Shown in pieces: positions 19,108 to 29,330 of a DNA stretch of 64,000 bases. The notes beneath the pieces are model-generated. The model did no database searches and was not told the origin of the DNA. It was given only the letters and a program-made list of their open reading frames with translations. A program made the position numbers and the translations under genes. This DNA comes from Patescibacteria group bacterium. Its GTDB lineage: Bacteria > Patescibacteriota > Minisyncoccia > Phycocordibacterales > Phycocordibacteraceae. Position 1 is the first letter of the stretch; each line of letters starts with the position of its first letter. The stretch covers positions 15,792 to 79,791 of the forward strand of contig JBBTSO010000004.1 of assembly GCA_038064695.1 (NCBI GenBank). The letters are read 5' to 3'.

Positions 19108-19139
19108 GGTATTCTAGAATAGTACTCCTTAAAAGCGGT

Positions 19140-20249
19140 ATGGCTTTTTCACTAAACTCACTTTCAAAAACAGTAGAATCATTCGTTGATTCGTTTCAAA
19201 AAAAAGACGGCGAGAGCGTCGTGGGTATTGATATTGGTACGTCATCAATAAAAATAGTGCAGCTCGCCGAAAAAAAGGGCACGGCGGTGCTAGAAACGTA
19301 TGGAGAAATTGCACTCGGCCCGTATGGCGACGCTGAAGTGGGGCAGGCAGTAAATCCGCCACCTGAAAAAGTTGCTGAAGCACTCACTGATGTTATGCGT
19401 GAGGCAAACGTCACCAGTCGCGTGGGAGGTATCGCGGTTCCGCTCTCGGCAAGTTTGATTAGTTTAATTACACTCCCCACGAAGGATGAACAAGACCTTG
19501 CGGCGATGATCCCTATTGAGGCGCGAAAATATATTCCTGTACCGGTGGGAGAGGTAACGCTGGATTGGTTTGTCATTCCCGAAGCAGAGTCAGAGTTTTT
19601 GAGTGCTGCGGGAAGAACGAAGACGCCTAACTCAACTGATGTGTTGTTAGTTGCCATTCACAACGCCACACTCACTCGTTTGGACACGATTACGAAAGCG
19701 ACCGCCATCACGCCACGTTTCTACGAAATTGAAGCGTTCAGCATGGGTCGCGCGGCGTACGAACACGACACCGCGCCTACGATGGTTATTGATCTCGGGG
19801 CTTCCAGTACCCGGGTATATGTTATTGAATTCGGCATCATAGATATTTCGCACACTATTACCAAAGGTGGGCAAGATTTAACACATGCGCTCGCGCGTTC
19901 GCAGAGTCTCACTTTTTCCGAAGCAGAAACCATTAAACGAACGAAAGGCATTTCAAATCAAGAACTTGGACAAACGAGCCTTGAATTTATTTTTTCCGAA
20001 GCGCGGCGCATTTTCCTTAACTACCAGCGCAAAGAGGGGAAGGCAATCGCCAAGGTGGTGTTTGTGGGTGGTGGGGCGCAGCTGTCGGGTATTGATACCA
20101 TTGCAAAAAATTATTTTGATGCGCCTATCGTGTTTAGTTCCGCGTTTGACCGTGTGCTTGCGCCTGCGTTTATTGCCGACGTGCTCCGAAGTGCGGGCCC
20201 CTCGTTTGCAACCGCGGTGGGCCTGGCACTTCGCGCGTTGAAGAAGTAA
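19140..20249 (+). CDS. pilM: type IV pilus assembly ATPase-like protein PilM
   Basis: Actin-like fold with VGIDIGTSSIKIV N-terminus; 369 aa. Opens the pilMNO block. Confidence 0.8.
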   Translation: MAFSLNSLSKTVESFVDSFQKKDGESVVGIDIGTSSIKIVQLAEKKGTAVLETYGEIALGPYGDAEVGQAVNPPPEKVAEALTDVMREANVTSRVGGIAVPLSASLISLITLPTKDEQDLAAMIPIEARKYIPVPVGEVTLDWFVIPEAESEFLSAAGRTKTPNSTDVLLVAIHNATLTRLDTITKATAITPRFYEIEAFSMGRAAYEHDTAPTMVIDLGASSTRVYVIEFGIIDISHTITKGGQDLTHALARSQSLTFSEAETIKRTKGISNQELGQTSLEFIFSEARRIFLNYQRKEGKAIAKVVFVGGGAQLSGIDTIAKNYFDAPIVFSSAFDRVLAPAFIADVLRSAGPSFATAVGLALRALKK

Positions 20250-20363
20250 AGAATAGTGATTAGTTGTTAGTTTCTAGTGGTTAGCCAGACAGAGTCTAAA
20301 AATATCCGGCACTTTCTAAAAATAATTGTTAACTATCCACTAGCAACTATCCACTAGCAACTA

Positions 20364-21020
20364 ATGGGTGATACACTTTTTATACGTATGCAAGAGCGGG
20401 TCAAAACTTCATTTATTCCAAAAGCCTCACTCGCCGTGGAGCACCGAGAGAGTACCAGCAAAAATCCTATCGGGATCGTTAATATTATCGCGACTATTAT
20501 TCTGATTGCTGCCATTATTGGTGCCGTGGTGCTTTTTCTCTTTGAGCAGTTCACCATTCAAAGCATTGAACGTAAACGAGATTCTCTTGACCGTGCCCGC
20601 GCCGCATTTGAACCTGCCACTATTAAAGAGTTGTCACGTCTCAACACGCGCCTTGAAGGCGGGAGTGTTCTCTTAGGAAGTCACCTGGCGCCCTCGTACC
20701 TTTTTGACGAGATAGAAAAACTTACCCTAGACTCAGTTCGTTTCAGAGATTTCTCTTACGGGGAGGTGAGTCCGGGCCGTATCATGGTGGCAATGGCGGG
20801 TGAGGCACGGAGTTTTAATGCGCTTGCGCTCCAGTCAGACGCGTTCGGAGCCAGTGATTTTTTTACTGAACCTATTTTCACCGACCTTAACTTAGACGAC
20901 ACGGGAAACGTGGTGTTCACTTTCAACGGTGTGGTTGATACTACTCAACTCAGATTTACGCCACGAGCAGTAACGGACGTTGCTCCTTCCACCGATACAT
21001 CCAATGAAGTGGCACCATGA
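20364..21020 (+). CDS. PilN-like bitopic pilus assembly protein
   Basis: Single N-terminal TM helix plus periplasmic domain. Position after pilM. Confidence 0.5.
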   Translation: MGDTLFIRMQERVKTSFIPKASLAVEHRESTSKNPIGIVNIIATIILIAAIIGAVVLFLFEQFTIQSIERKRDSLDRARAAFEPATIKELSRLNTRLEGGSVLLGSHLAPSYLFDEIEKLTLDSVRFRDFSYGEVSPGRIMVAMAGEARSFNALALQSDAFGASDFFTEPIFTDLNLDDTGNVVFTFNGVVDTTQLRFTPRAVTDVAPSTDTSNEVAP

Positions 21021-21559
21021 GAGGACTAATTCCCGTTTTGTTTGTCGTGATCGCCGGAGGAATTTTCTTCGGATTTATTGACCCTGCATACGATCGTATT
21101 CGCGAACTGCGCGCTGAAGAGTCTCAGTTTGACCAAGCGCTTACCCGCTCAAAAGAGTTGCAACAGGTGCGTGACGAACTACTCTCTCGCTACAATACTT
21201 TTTCACAAGGTGAATTAGATCGTCTCCAGAAACTGTTGCCTGACAACGTTGATAACGTGCGTTTGATTTTGGACTTTGACTCTCTCGCGTCACGCTACGG
21301 TATGCGCGTGCGAAATGTAGCACTTGAAACGAACGAGTCACGCGCGGCGCGCGGTCAAGTAGGGGCAGAGGAGTCGCGGTTTGACTCCCTCATCCTCTCA
21401 TTTTCAGTAACAGGCAACTATGACACCTTTCGCGCGTTCCTTGCTGACTTGGAGCAGAGTTTGCGTCTTGTTGATGTAAATTCAATTTCATTTTCAGCAA
21501 CACCGTCTGGAATTTATGATTACGCGGTGTCCATTAAAACGTACTGGCTAAAACCATGA
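21017..21559 (+). CDS. PilO-like bitopic pilus assembly protein
   Basis: 4-nt overlap with the upstream gene. N-terminal TM helix and coiled coil. Confidence 0.5.
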   Translation: MRGLIPVLFVVIAGGIFFGFIDPAYDRIRELRAEESQFDQALTRSKELQQVRDELLSRYNTFSQGELDRLQKLLPDNVDNVRLILDFDSLASRYGMRVRNVALETNESRAARGQVGAEESRFDSLILSFSVTGNYDTFRAFLADLEQSLRLVDVNSISFSATPSGIYDYAVSIKTYWLKP

Positions 21560-21864
21560 TGAATCTCTTTAAACAATACCAACAAGTTATCACTATCGGC
21601 CTCGTCGTCATTGCGGGGTTTGTCGCGTACTCAGTCTTTTTTAAGCCAACGAACGAAAACGCGCTTACCGCACAGACAGTTGATCCTTCAAAGACAGCGG
21701 TGGAACAAGAATTGATTGCGCTCCTCATTGAACTGCGCTCTATAAAATTAGATACAGCAGTGTTTGGGGATGAACGTTTCAAAGCACTCCAAGATTTTAG
21801 TCAGCAGATTGTGCAAGAACCAATCGGTCGAGAAAATCCCTTCGCTCCTCTGGGACAAAAATAG
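21556..21864 (+). CDS. small bitopic membrane protein (pilus assembly accessory?)
   Basis: 4-nt overlap with upstream gene; one TM helix; 102 aa. Confidence 0.35.
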   Translation: MMNLFKQYQQVITIGLVVIAGFVAYSVFFKPTNENALTAQTVDPSKTAVEQELIALLIELRSIKLDTAVFGDERFKALQDFSQQIVQEPIGRENPFAPLGQK

Positions 21865-21867
21865 AGT

Positions 21868-23622
21868 ATGGATGTACTCACCCTTCTCAAAGATAAAGGG
21901 ATAATAGACGACCAAGCGGTCGCAGCGGTTAAAGAAGAGATTAGTCAGCGCGGGCAAACGCTTGAAGAAGCGCTCCTCGCTCGTGGCGTTTCGGCGTCAG
22001 ACATTTTAGCAGCGCGCGGTGAATACTTTGAAGTTCCCGTCCGTACCCTTGAAAGCGGAGAGACCGTCGCGTACGAAATTTTAAAATACATTCCTGAAGA
22101 ATCAGCGCGTCACTACCACTTTGTGCCGCTGGCGGTTAATGATGGCGTGTTGGAAGTGGGAACCACGGACCCTGACAATCTTGAGGCAGTTGAAGCACTC
22201 AATTTTATTACGTCTCGCACCAACATTCCGTACAAACTGTTTCTCATTTCAGAGAAAGATTTTGAAGCAGTGCTCAGTACGTATAAAGGACTCACGGGGG
22301 AAGTGGGGAAGGCACTCAACGAACTACAAACTACCATTACTGTTGACGATGTCGTTGAAGATAGTGGTGCAGAAGAATCTGAAAAAAATATTGTTGCAGA
22401 AACCCCTGGAACATTCAAAGAAGACGCGCCCGTTACGAAAATAGTAGCAACGGTGCTCCGCTATGCCGTTGATGGCGCAGCGTCTGACATACACATTGAA
22501 CCCACTCGCGGAGATGTAAAAGTACGTTTTCGTGTCGATGGATTGATGCACCAATCACTGACGCTTCCGAAAAACGTGGAGCGCGCAGTGGTTGCACGTA
22601 TCAAAGTGCTCGCTTCGCTTAAGCTAGATGAGCGAAGAAAACCGCAAGACGGCCGCTTCTCTGCCACCATTGACGACCGCCGCATTGATTTTCGTGTTTC
22701 AACATTCCCCACCTACCACGGGGAAAAAGTGGTGATGCGTATTTTGAATAGAAACGCTGAGAAATTAACCTTAGAGAGTTTAGGGCTCAGTCCGCGCCAC
22801 ATTGAAATGATACGTCGCGCCATTGCGCGTCCGTATGGCTTGATTATTATTTCAGGCCCTACGGGGTCAGGAAAATCAACAACGCTCTACAGTATGCTCC
22901 AGGAGTTAGAGCGTAGCGAGATGAACGTAGTGTCTCTTGAAGACCCAATTGAATATGACGTGGAAGGCGTATCGCAGTCTCAAGTGAGGCCGGAAATTGG
23001 GTATACCTTTGCGAGCGGACTTCGCTCTATCCTTCGCCAAGACCCCGACATTATTATGGTGGGAGAAATTCGCGACAAAGAAACCGCACAGCTTGCCATT
23101 CAGGCAGCGCTCACGGGGCACCTCGTACTCTCAACCCTTCACACCAACAATGCTATTGGCGTGGTACCTCGCTTGGTAGACATGGGCATTGATCCCTACC
23201 TCATTGCGCCGACACTCATTCTCTCCATCGCACAACGTCTTGTTCGCAAGCGTTGTCCTGACGCAGGGAAACCTATGCCCTACGAGGGGAGCGTGTCAGC
23301 ACTCGTTGGAAAAGAATTTCAAGGTCTCTCTCCGGAATTACTCAAAGAGGTGCCAAAACCAAAAGAAGTGTTTGGTATCGCTCCTTCGCCCGACTGTCCG
23401 AATGGAACGCGGGGGAGACTCGGCGTATTTGAATTTCTTCCTACTTCAAAAGAAATTGAACGGGTGATTCTAAAAAATCCCGTTGACGAAGCCATTTTTG
23501 AGGTGGCACGTGCTCAGGGTATGATGACCATGAAAGAGGATGCTATTATAAAAATGCTTAACGGCACTATTCCATTTGAAGAAATTAATACTCTTGGTTC
23601 GGATGTAGTGCTACAAGACTAA
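21868..23622 (+). CDS. pilB: type IV pilus assembly ATPase PilB/GspE
   Basis: GSPII N-domain, Walker A GPTGSGKST, VGEIRD, and a tetracysteine-region equivalent. Confidence 0.9.
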   Translation: MDVLTLLKDKGIIDDQAVAAVKEEISQRGQTLEEALLARGVSASDILAARGEYFEVPVRTLESGETVAYEILKYIPEESARHYHFVPLAVNDGVLEVGTTDPDNLEAVEALNFITSRTNIPYKLFLISEKDFEAVLSTYKGLTGEVGKALNELQTTITVDDVVEDSGAEESEKNIVAETPGTFKEDAPVTKIVATVLRYAVDGAASDIHIEPTRGDVKVRFRVDGLMHQSLTLPKNVERAVVARIKVLASLKLDERRKPQDGRFSATIDDRRIDFRVSTFPTYHGEKVVMRILNRNAEKLTLESLGLSPRHIEMIRRAIARPYGLIIISGPTGSGKSTTLYSMLQELERSEMNVVSLEDPIEYDVEGVSQSQVRPEIGYTFASGLRSILRQDPDIIMVGEIRDKETAQLAIQAALTGHLVLSTLHTNNAIGVVPRLVDMGIDPYLIAPTLILSIAQRLVRKRCPDAGKPMPYEGSVSALVGKEFQGLSPELLKEVPKPKEVFGIAPSPDCPNGTRGRLGVFEFLPTSKEIERVILKNPVDEAIFEVARAQGMMTMKEDAIIKMLNGTIPFEEINTLGSDVVLQD

Positions 23623-23626
23623 TACT

Positions 23627-24037
23627 ATGGGCGACGTCACTAAAAAAAGAAATTATTCCATCCTTCTTGTTGATGATGACAAGTTCCTTTTAGATATTTA
23701 TTCACTCAAATTTAAAGAGTGTGGTTCAACGGTAGAAGCAGAACCCGACTCAATAAAAGCGCTGGAACGCCTGCGCGGTGGATTTAAACCGAACGTTATT
23801 TTACTCGACGTCATTATGCCCAATATGAATGGCTTTGATTTTCTTGAAACCGTTAAAAAAGAAAATCTCGCTCCAGGTGCCACTATTATTATTCTTTCCA
23901 ACCAAGGACAAGATGAGGATTTAAAAAAGGCGACTGACCTCGGTGCCGATGGATACATTGTAAAGGCGAGTGCCATTCCTTCTGAGGTGTTAGAAAAAAC
24001 ACTCGCCTACGCGGATAAAAAACAAACAGGAAAATAA
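23627..24037 (+). CDS. CheY-like response regulator receiver protein
   Basis: LLVDDD acidic pocket, phospho-acceptor D in LLDVIMP, conserved K. Receiver domain only. Confidence 0.7.
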   Translation: MGDVTKKRNYSILLVDDDKFLLDIYSLKFKECGSTVEAEPDSIKALERLRGGFKPNVILLDVIMPNMNGFDFLETVKKENLAPGATIIILSNQGQDEDLKKATDLGADGYIVKASAIPSEVLEKTLAYADKKQTGK

Positions 24038-24129
24038 CTCTTTTTCCTCAGAGTGGGCGCGGTGTTCCATTGGCCACCTTATTTTACTTGTATACTAAAC
24101 CTATGATTCTTTTGTAAGATTCATCTACT

Positions 24130-25191
24130 ATGGATTATGCTACTGAACTCGCTGGTTTAATTGAAACGGTCATCACCGAAGGCGCCTCGGATTTGCACCT
24201 TACCACCAACTCGTTTCCGATCATTCGTGTGTCGGGGTCTCTCGTCCCACTCATAAAACGTCCCCAGTACACCAAAGAAGACATACTAGGATTTTTGGAT
24301 GTGCTCGCAACCCCCGAGGAAAAGCAAAGTTTTTTTGACACCCAGGAGCTCGACTTTTCATTTCAACATAAAGACCAAGCGCGATTCCGCGGAAACTCAT
24401 TTTTTGAACGAGGAAGCGTTTCCATCGCGCTGCGTATTATTCCAAGCTCAATTAAAACGTTTGAAGAACTCAGCTTGCCACCCATTTTGGATACCTTCGC
24501 GAGCTTGGAACAAGGATTTTTCCTTGTCGTCGGCCCCGTGGGGCAGGGAAAGTCAACGACACTCGCTTCAATGATTGAACGGATCAATCAAAACAGAAGC
24601 GAACACATTGTGACCATTGAAGATCCTATTGAGTATTTGTTCAAACCAGTAAAGTCTATTATTAATCAGCGCGAAGTTCGTGTGGACACAAAAAGTTTCC
24701 ACAGCGCGCTCCGCTCAGCGTTTCGTCAAGATGTTGACGTCATTATGGTGGGGGAGATGCGCGGTCCCGACACCATGAGCGCCGCGGTTACTGCCGCAGA
24801 AACAGGGCACCTCGTGCTTTCAACGCTCCACACCAACAACGCTGCGCAAACCATTGACCGCATCATTGACTCATTCCCTGCGGGGCAGCAGGACCAAATT
24901 CGCCTGCAGCTCGCTTCAAGTTTGGCGGGTATCTTTTCACAACGATTACTCCCCCGTATTTCTGGTGGCTTGATACCGGCGTATGAACTTCTGATTAATA
25001 ATGAAGCGGTAGCAAACTTAATTCGCGAGCGACGCACGCACGAAATTAACGCCGTCATTGAAACGGGCATGGAAAATGGCATGATTGACATGAACCGCTC
25101 TCTCGCCGAATTGGTGCGAAGAGGCGAGATTACTCCCGAAGTAGGACTTTCGCGTTCTCTCAACCCTAAAGCCTTCTCACGACTCATTTAA
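24130..25191 (+). CDS. pilT: twitching motility ATPase PilT
   Basis: Walker A GPVGQGKSTT, VGEMRG, AIRNLIRE-like C-terminal motif (ANLIRER). Confidence 0.9.
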   Translation: MDYATELAGLIETVITEGASDLHLTTNSFPIIRVSGSLVPLIKRPQYTKEDILGFLDVLATPEEKQSFFDTQELDFSFQHKDQARFRGNSFFERGSVSIALRIIPSSIKTFEELSLPPILDTFASLEQGFFLVVGPVGQGKSTTLASMIERINQNRSEHIVTIEDPIEYLFKPVKSIINQREVRVDTKSFHSALRSAFRQDVDVIMVGEMRGPDTMSAAVTAAETGHLVLSTLHTNNAAQTIDRIIDSFPAGQQDQIRLQLASSLAGIFSQRLLPRISGGLIPAYELLINNEAVANLIRERRTHEINAVIETGMENGMIDMNRSLAELVRRGEITPEVGLSRSLNPKAFSRLI

Positions 25192-25197
25192 TTTTTC

Positions 25198-26400
25198 ATG
25201 TTGTTTAATTACGAAGCACTCGATCAGGCAGGAACAAAACAAACGGGAACCATTGATGCGGTTTCTCGGGACGTGGCGATTCAGTCACTGCAGCGCAGGG
25301 GCCTCTCAGTGTCTTCGGTGATAGAGTCTGCGCCACAAGGTGGAACTTTTAACATCGCGCTTTTTGAAACAGTTTCAAACAGCGATATTGTATTGTTGAG
25401 TCGACAAATTGCAACACTTTTTGAAGCGCAGGTATCAGCGCTTCGTATCTTCCGCTTGCTTGCTTCAGAAGCGGATAAACCGCTTTTGCAGCGCGTCCTC
25501 ACTGAAGTTGCTGATGACCTACAGGCAGGAAGTCCCATTTCAAAATCTCTTTCCAAACACCCAAAAGTGTTCAGTTCTTTCTACGTCAACATGGTGAGAA
25601 GCGGAGAAGAGTCAGGAAAACTTGACGAGACATTCCTGTACCTCGCTGATTACCTTGACCGTACGTATGAAATTGTTTCTAAGGCGCGCAACGCGCTCAT
25701 TTACCCCGCATTCGTGATTTCTACGTTCGTGGTGGTGATGATTTTGATGATGACGATGGTTATTCCGCGCATCTCGCAAATTTTGATTGACTCAGGTCAA
25801 GAAATTCCGGTGTACACGCAGATCGTTATTGCTATGTCTAATTTCTTTGTGGACTACGGGGTGTTTTTATTGATCTTGGCAGTCATTGGCGGATACTTTT
25901 TGGTGCGTTACGCATTGACTGAGGGAGGGAAGGGACAGTTTGACCGTCTGCAACTTCAAATTCCTTACGTAGGAACGCTATATCGAAAACTATATCTTTC
26001 GCGTATTGCCGATAACCTTTCAACGATGTTGGGGAGCGGAATTTCAGTCGTGCAAGCAACTGAAATCACGGCGAGCGTTGTGGGCAACGCGCTCTTTGCT
26101 GATATTCTCACCGAAACTTCAAATGCTATTAAGGGGGGAGGATCTATTTCAGAATCACTCAGTAAGTATGATGAAATTCCTGGCATCATGACCGCGATGA
26201 TAAAAGTGGGGGAAGAAACAGGGGAGTTAGGCAAAATTTTGAAAACACTCGCGCGCTTTTACCAACGTGAAGTGACCAACGCCGTCGACACCCTCGTTGA
26301 CCTCATTGAGCCGTTTATGATTGTGGTTCTTGGCTTAGGCGTTGGTATCTTGCTCGCCTCAGTCCTCATTCCGATATACAACATCTCTTCGGCTATTTAA
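25198..26400 (+). CDS. pilC: type IV pilus inner-membrane platform protein PilC/GspF
   Basis: Two T2SSF repeats and three TM helices; 400 aa. Confidence 0.85.
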   Translation: MLFNYEALDQAGTKQTGTIDAVSRDVAIQSLQRRGLSVSSVIESAPQGGTFNIALFETVSNSDIVLLSRQIATLFEAQVSALRIFRLLASEADKPLLQRVLTEVADDLQAGSPISKSLSKHPKVFSSFYVNMVRSGEESGKLDETFLYLADYLDRTYEIVSKARNALIYPAFVISTFVVVMILMMTMVIPRISQILIDSGQEIPVYTQIVIAMSNFFVDYGVFLLILAVIGGYFLVRYALTEGGKGQFDRLQLQIPYVGTLYRKLYLSRIADNLSTMLGSGISVVQATEITASVVGNALFADILTETSNAIKGGGSISESLSKYDEIPGIMTAMIKVGEETGELGKILKTLARFYQREVTNAVDTLVDLIEPFMIVVLGLGVGILLASVLIPIYNISSAI

Positions 26401-26452
26401 TCCTCTCTCACTTTAGCGAAGTGTCTCTTACTACCGAGCGAGAGAAGATCAT

Positions 26453-26476
26453 AAAAACACCATAGGTGTTTTTATG
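26453..26476 (+). terminator. intrinsic terminator after pilC
   Basis: aaaaacacc-atag-ggtgttttt. Confidence 0.6.
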
Positions 26477-26618
26477 ATTGAACGAGCGCTGGAAGCAAGA
26501 AATTGTGTAGCAATTTCTTATCCACACATCCCCCCTCCCAGGGACCGCGAGCTCGTTACAATGGTGGAGACCCTGTATACAAGAAGGTCTTAATATTAAA
26601 TTGTTTCGTTTACTCATT

Positions 26619-27068
26619 ATGTTCAAAAATACAAAGCGAGGCTTCACTTTAATTGAACTCCTCGTAGTGATTGCAATCATTGGTATTCTTTCGTCAGTAG
26701 TCTTGGCATCATTAAATGATGCACGTCAGAAGTCGCGTGACGCAAAACGCGTTGCAGATGTTCGCCAGCTTCAGCTTGCGATGGAGTTGTTCTTCGATGC
26801 GAACTCATCGTATCCAACAACCACCTTAGGATCAGGTAACCTTGTTCCTAACTACATCGCTACTATTCCTGCTGATCCATTGGGAGGTTCATACTTCTTT
26901 GAATCTCTTTCAGCAACAGATTACAACCTCGGTGCTGACTTGGAAGCAAGCACACACCAGGCATTGAGCGCTGACGTTGATTCCGGAAACGGCGGAACAA
27001 TTGATGCAGGAGACGACGACAGTTGTACGGGTACTGCTGGACGGTACTGTTACAGCGTGAAGCCGTAA
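26619..27068 (+). CDS. pilA: type IV major pilin (class III signal peptide)
   Basis: MFKNTKRG|FTLIELLVVIAIIGIL prepilin leader plus conserved N-terminal helix. Confidence 0.75.
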   Translation: MFKNTKRGFTLIELLVVIAIIGILSSVVLASLNDARQKSRDAKRVADVRQLQLAMELFFDANSSYPTTTLGSGNLVPNYIATIPADPLGGSYFFESLSATDYNLGADLEASTHQALSADVDSGNGGTIDAGDDDSCTGTAGRYCYSVKP

Positions 27069-27084
27069 GTTCTCTCGTTTTAAC

Positions 27085-27118
27085 AAAAAACCCAGCCTAC
27101 GCTGGGTTTTTCTGTTTT
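27085..27118 (+). terminator. intrinsic terminator after the pilin gene
   Basis: aaaaaacccagcctacgctgggtttttctgtttt. Confidence 0.7.
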
Positions 27119-27184
27119 AGGAAAACAACTGCTCTAAAGACAAAGCGTGAAAGGGAGTGTCAGTAGTGTACGATATAGACATAC

Positions 27185-28048
27185 ATGGAGTTTTTTTTGT
27201 TAGGAATTTTTTTTCTCGGAAGTATTGTGGGGAGTTTTTTAAACGTGGTGGTGTTTCGTTTTGGTTTTCAAGAAGCACCTCGTAGTCGTTCTGCGTGCCA
27301 GGCGTGTGGACACACGTTGCAGTGGTTTGAATTATTTCCAATCGCGTCGTTTATTTTTTTGAGAGGAAAATGTAGGGCGTGTGGAAGCGCGTTATCTCCA
27401 CAATATCCGCTCATGGAACTTTCACTCGGCATACTTTTTGTTTTGACAATGCTTGCCGTTCCTTTCCCGCTCACTTTAGTAGGGATATTGTTTTTTGCCT
27501 CCGCACTCGTTTTTTGGGCAGTGTTTTTGGCAATTACTGTGTATGATCTAAAACATACACTCGTGCCTTCTGTGCTGGCGTGGTGGTTAATTGGCTCGGC
27601 TGTAGCAATGCGCGGACTTGACGCGCTTTTGTTCAGCGATCCGGCGCTGTTTGTTGATGGAGTAATAGGAGGCGTATTAAGTGCATTTTTTATTGGAATA
27701 GTGGTGTTGGTTACTCGCGGTAGGGGAATGGGTGCAGGTGATATCTATATTGCCGGGGCGATCGGGATACTCTTTGGCTTAAGTCGTGGCTTTGAAGTAT
27801 TACTCATTGCATTTTGGATAGGTGCACTTGTTGGAATTGCACTCATTGGTGGCGGATACCTTTATAGAACGTATAGGTTACCCCCGTTTTTAAGAAGCAA
27901 AAATCTCCAAAGAGGGAAAGGAGGATTTAGAATGAAGTCTGAAGTGCCGTTCGTTCCTTTTCTTTTTTTGGCAACGTGCATAGGGATGTTCACGCACTTC
28001 TCTCCACTCGCACTTATCGCAACGTATACGGGCATTCTATGGCCATAA
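27185..28048 (+). CDS. pilD: prepilin peptidase (A24 family) PilD
   Basis: Two CxxC pairs (CQACGH...CRACGS), polytopic. Directly precedes the pseudopilin genes. Confidence 0.85.
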   Translation: MEFFLLGIFFLGSIVGSFLNVVVFRFGFQEAPRSRSACQACGHTLQWFELFPIASFIFLRGKCRACGSALSPQYPLMELSLGILFVLTMLAVPFPLTLVGILFFASALVFWAVFLAITVYDLKHTLVPSVLAWWLIGSAVAMRGLDALLFSDPALFVDGVIGGVLSAFFIGIVVLVTRGRGMGAGDIYIAGAIGILFGLSRGFEVLLIAFWIGALVGIALIGGGYLYRTYRLPPFLRSKNLQRGKGGFRMKSEVPFVPFLFLATCIGMFTHFSPLALIATYTGILWP

Positions 28049-28647
28049 AAACTCATCATTTATCACGCATTACTCATTGCAGCGTAAAAGTATTTTGTGC
28101 TTTCTCACTGGTTGAGTTGTTGGTGGTGCTCAGTATTTTAACGATGGTTTCAAGCGTAGTGCTCGCCAACCACTCACGTTTTAACGGAACCGTTCTTTTA
28201 GGCTCGCTCGCGTATGACATTGCGCTTTCGGTGCGTCAGGCACAAGTATATGGTTTATCAGTTCGCCAATACTCCGATGATTTCCACGTGGGATACGGGG
28301 TTCATTTTTCGGATGCGAGTTCCTATATTTTTTTTGTTGATAGAAACATAAATCAGCAGTACGACGAAGGAGAGGATTCCATCGTGCAAACCTATACCGT
28401 TGGGCGTGGGCACATCATTCAGTCGTTCTGCGGAGTCACTGCCAACGGCACTGAACGCTGTTCAGATTCAGAGACTCCCATAACGCACCTCGATGTTGTT
28501 TTTTTGCGCCCCGACCCCGATGCGGTAATGAGCTCTAACGAACCTGGCATGCTCTCGCAAGGTATTATTACCGTAGCGGCGCCTTCGGGAGACACGCGTT
28601 CCATCGTAGTTGCCTCAACGGGACAAATTTCAGTACAGAATCCATGA
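28039..28647 (+). CDS. pseudopilin / minor pilin 1
   Basis: Prepilin N-terminus ...CAFSLVELLVVLSILTM; overlaps pilD end. Its stop overlaps the next start in an ATGA junction. Confidence 0.55.
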   Translation: MAIKTHHLSRITHCSVKVFCAFSLVELLVVLSILTMVSSVVLANHSRFNGTVLLGSLAYDIALSVRQAQVYGLSVRQYSDDFHVGYGVHFSDASSYIFFVDRNINQQYDEGEDSIVQTYTVGRGHIIQSFCGVTANGTERCSDSETPITHLDVVFLRPDPDAVMSSNEPGMLSQGIITVAAPSGDTRSIVVASTGQISVQNP

Positions 28648-29330
28648 AAAAATTAGTATCCAGTATCCAGTATCCAGTATCCAGGGAAGCGCACAAGCGG
28701 GACGTTTTTCATACTCAATACTCAATACTCAATATCCAATACTCCAGTGTGAAGCCCGGCTTCACGTTGATTGAAATGATGGTGGCTGTTTCTATTTTTT
28801 CAATTGTTATGTTAATTGGCGTCGGTGCGCTGCTTTCACTCGTTGACGCCAACCGTCGCGCGCAGGCAATAAATTCTGTTATCAATAACATGAATGCAGC
28901 GTTAGAAAGTATGTCGCGCTCAGTTCGTGTGGGAACTACCTACCACTGCCGTACGAACGCGGTGGTGCCGAGTCCTGAAGAAATTTCTGAAACGCAAGAC
29001 TGCGCAGCTGGCGGAGGGTTACTGCTTGCTTTTGAGGCGTCAGACGGTGATCGCTCTGACCCTGAAGATCAAATTGTGTACCGACTCAACACGCTTCAGT
29101 CGCAGTTAGAACGTTCACTTGATTCGGGGGCAACGTGGGTTGCACTCACTGCACCTGAAGTGACCATAGAGTCGTTTGAATTTTTTGTCATAGGATCTTC
29201 ACCACTCTCCGCGGGAGATGCCATTCAACCGCGCGTGCTTATGAAGATCCGTGGATCGGCGCCCGTACCGGGAGGTTCAACCAATTTCAGCGTGCAGGCG
29301 TCAGTGACACAGAGAATTATTGATATATGA
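28644..29330 (+). CDS. pseudopilin / minor pilin 2 with heptamer-repeat leader
   Basis: GFTLIEMMVAVSIF prepilin motif. The 5' 100 nt is the shared repeat element. An alternative GTG start at 28749 would give a short MKPG|F leader. Confidence 0.55.
   Translation: MKKLVSSIQYPVSREAHKRDVFHTQYSILNIQYSSVKPGFTLIEMMVAVSIFSIVMLIGVGALLSLVDANRRAQAINSVINNMNAALESMSRSVRVGTTYHCRTNAVVPSPEEISETQDCAAGGGLLLAFEASDGDRSDPEDQIVYRLNTLQSQLERSLDSGATWVALTAPEVTIESFEFFVIGSSPLSAGDAIQPRVLMKIRGSAPVPGGSTNFSVQASVTQRIIDI
28655..28745 (+). repeat. heptamer tandem-repeat element copy 1: (AGTATCC)x4 - 28-nt spacer - (ATACTCA)x5
   Basis: Read directly: agtatcc x4 at 28655-28682; atactca/atatcca/atactcc units at 28711-28745. Confidence 0.9.

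Noticed and set aside
26477-26600. Sigma-54 (-24/-12, TGGCAC-N5-TTGCA) promoter upstream of the major pilin.
   Set aside because: Only a weak resemblance (tggaagcaagaaattgtg). No convincing GG-N10-GC spacing was seen.
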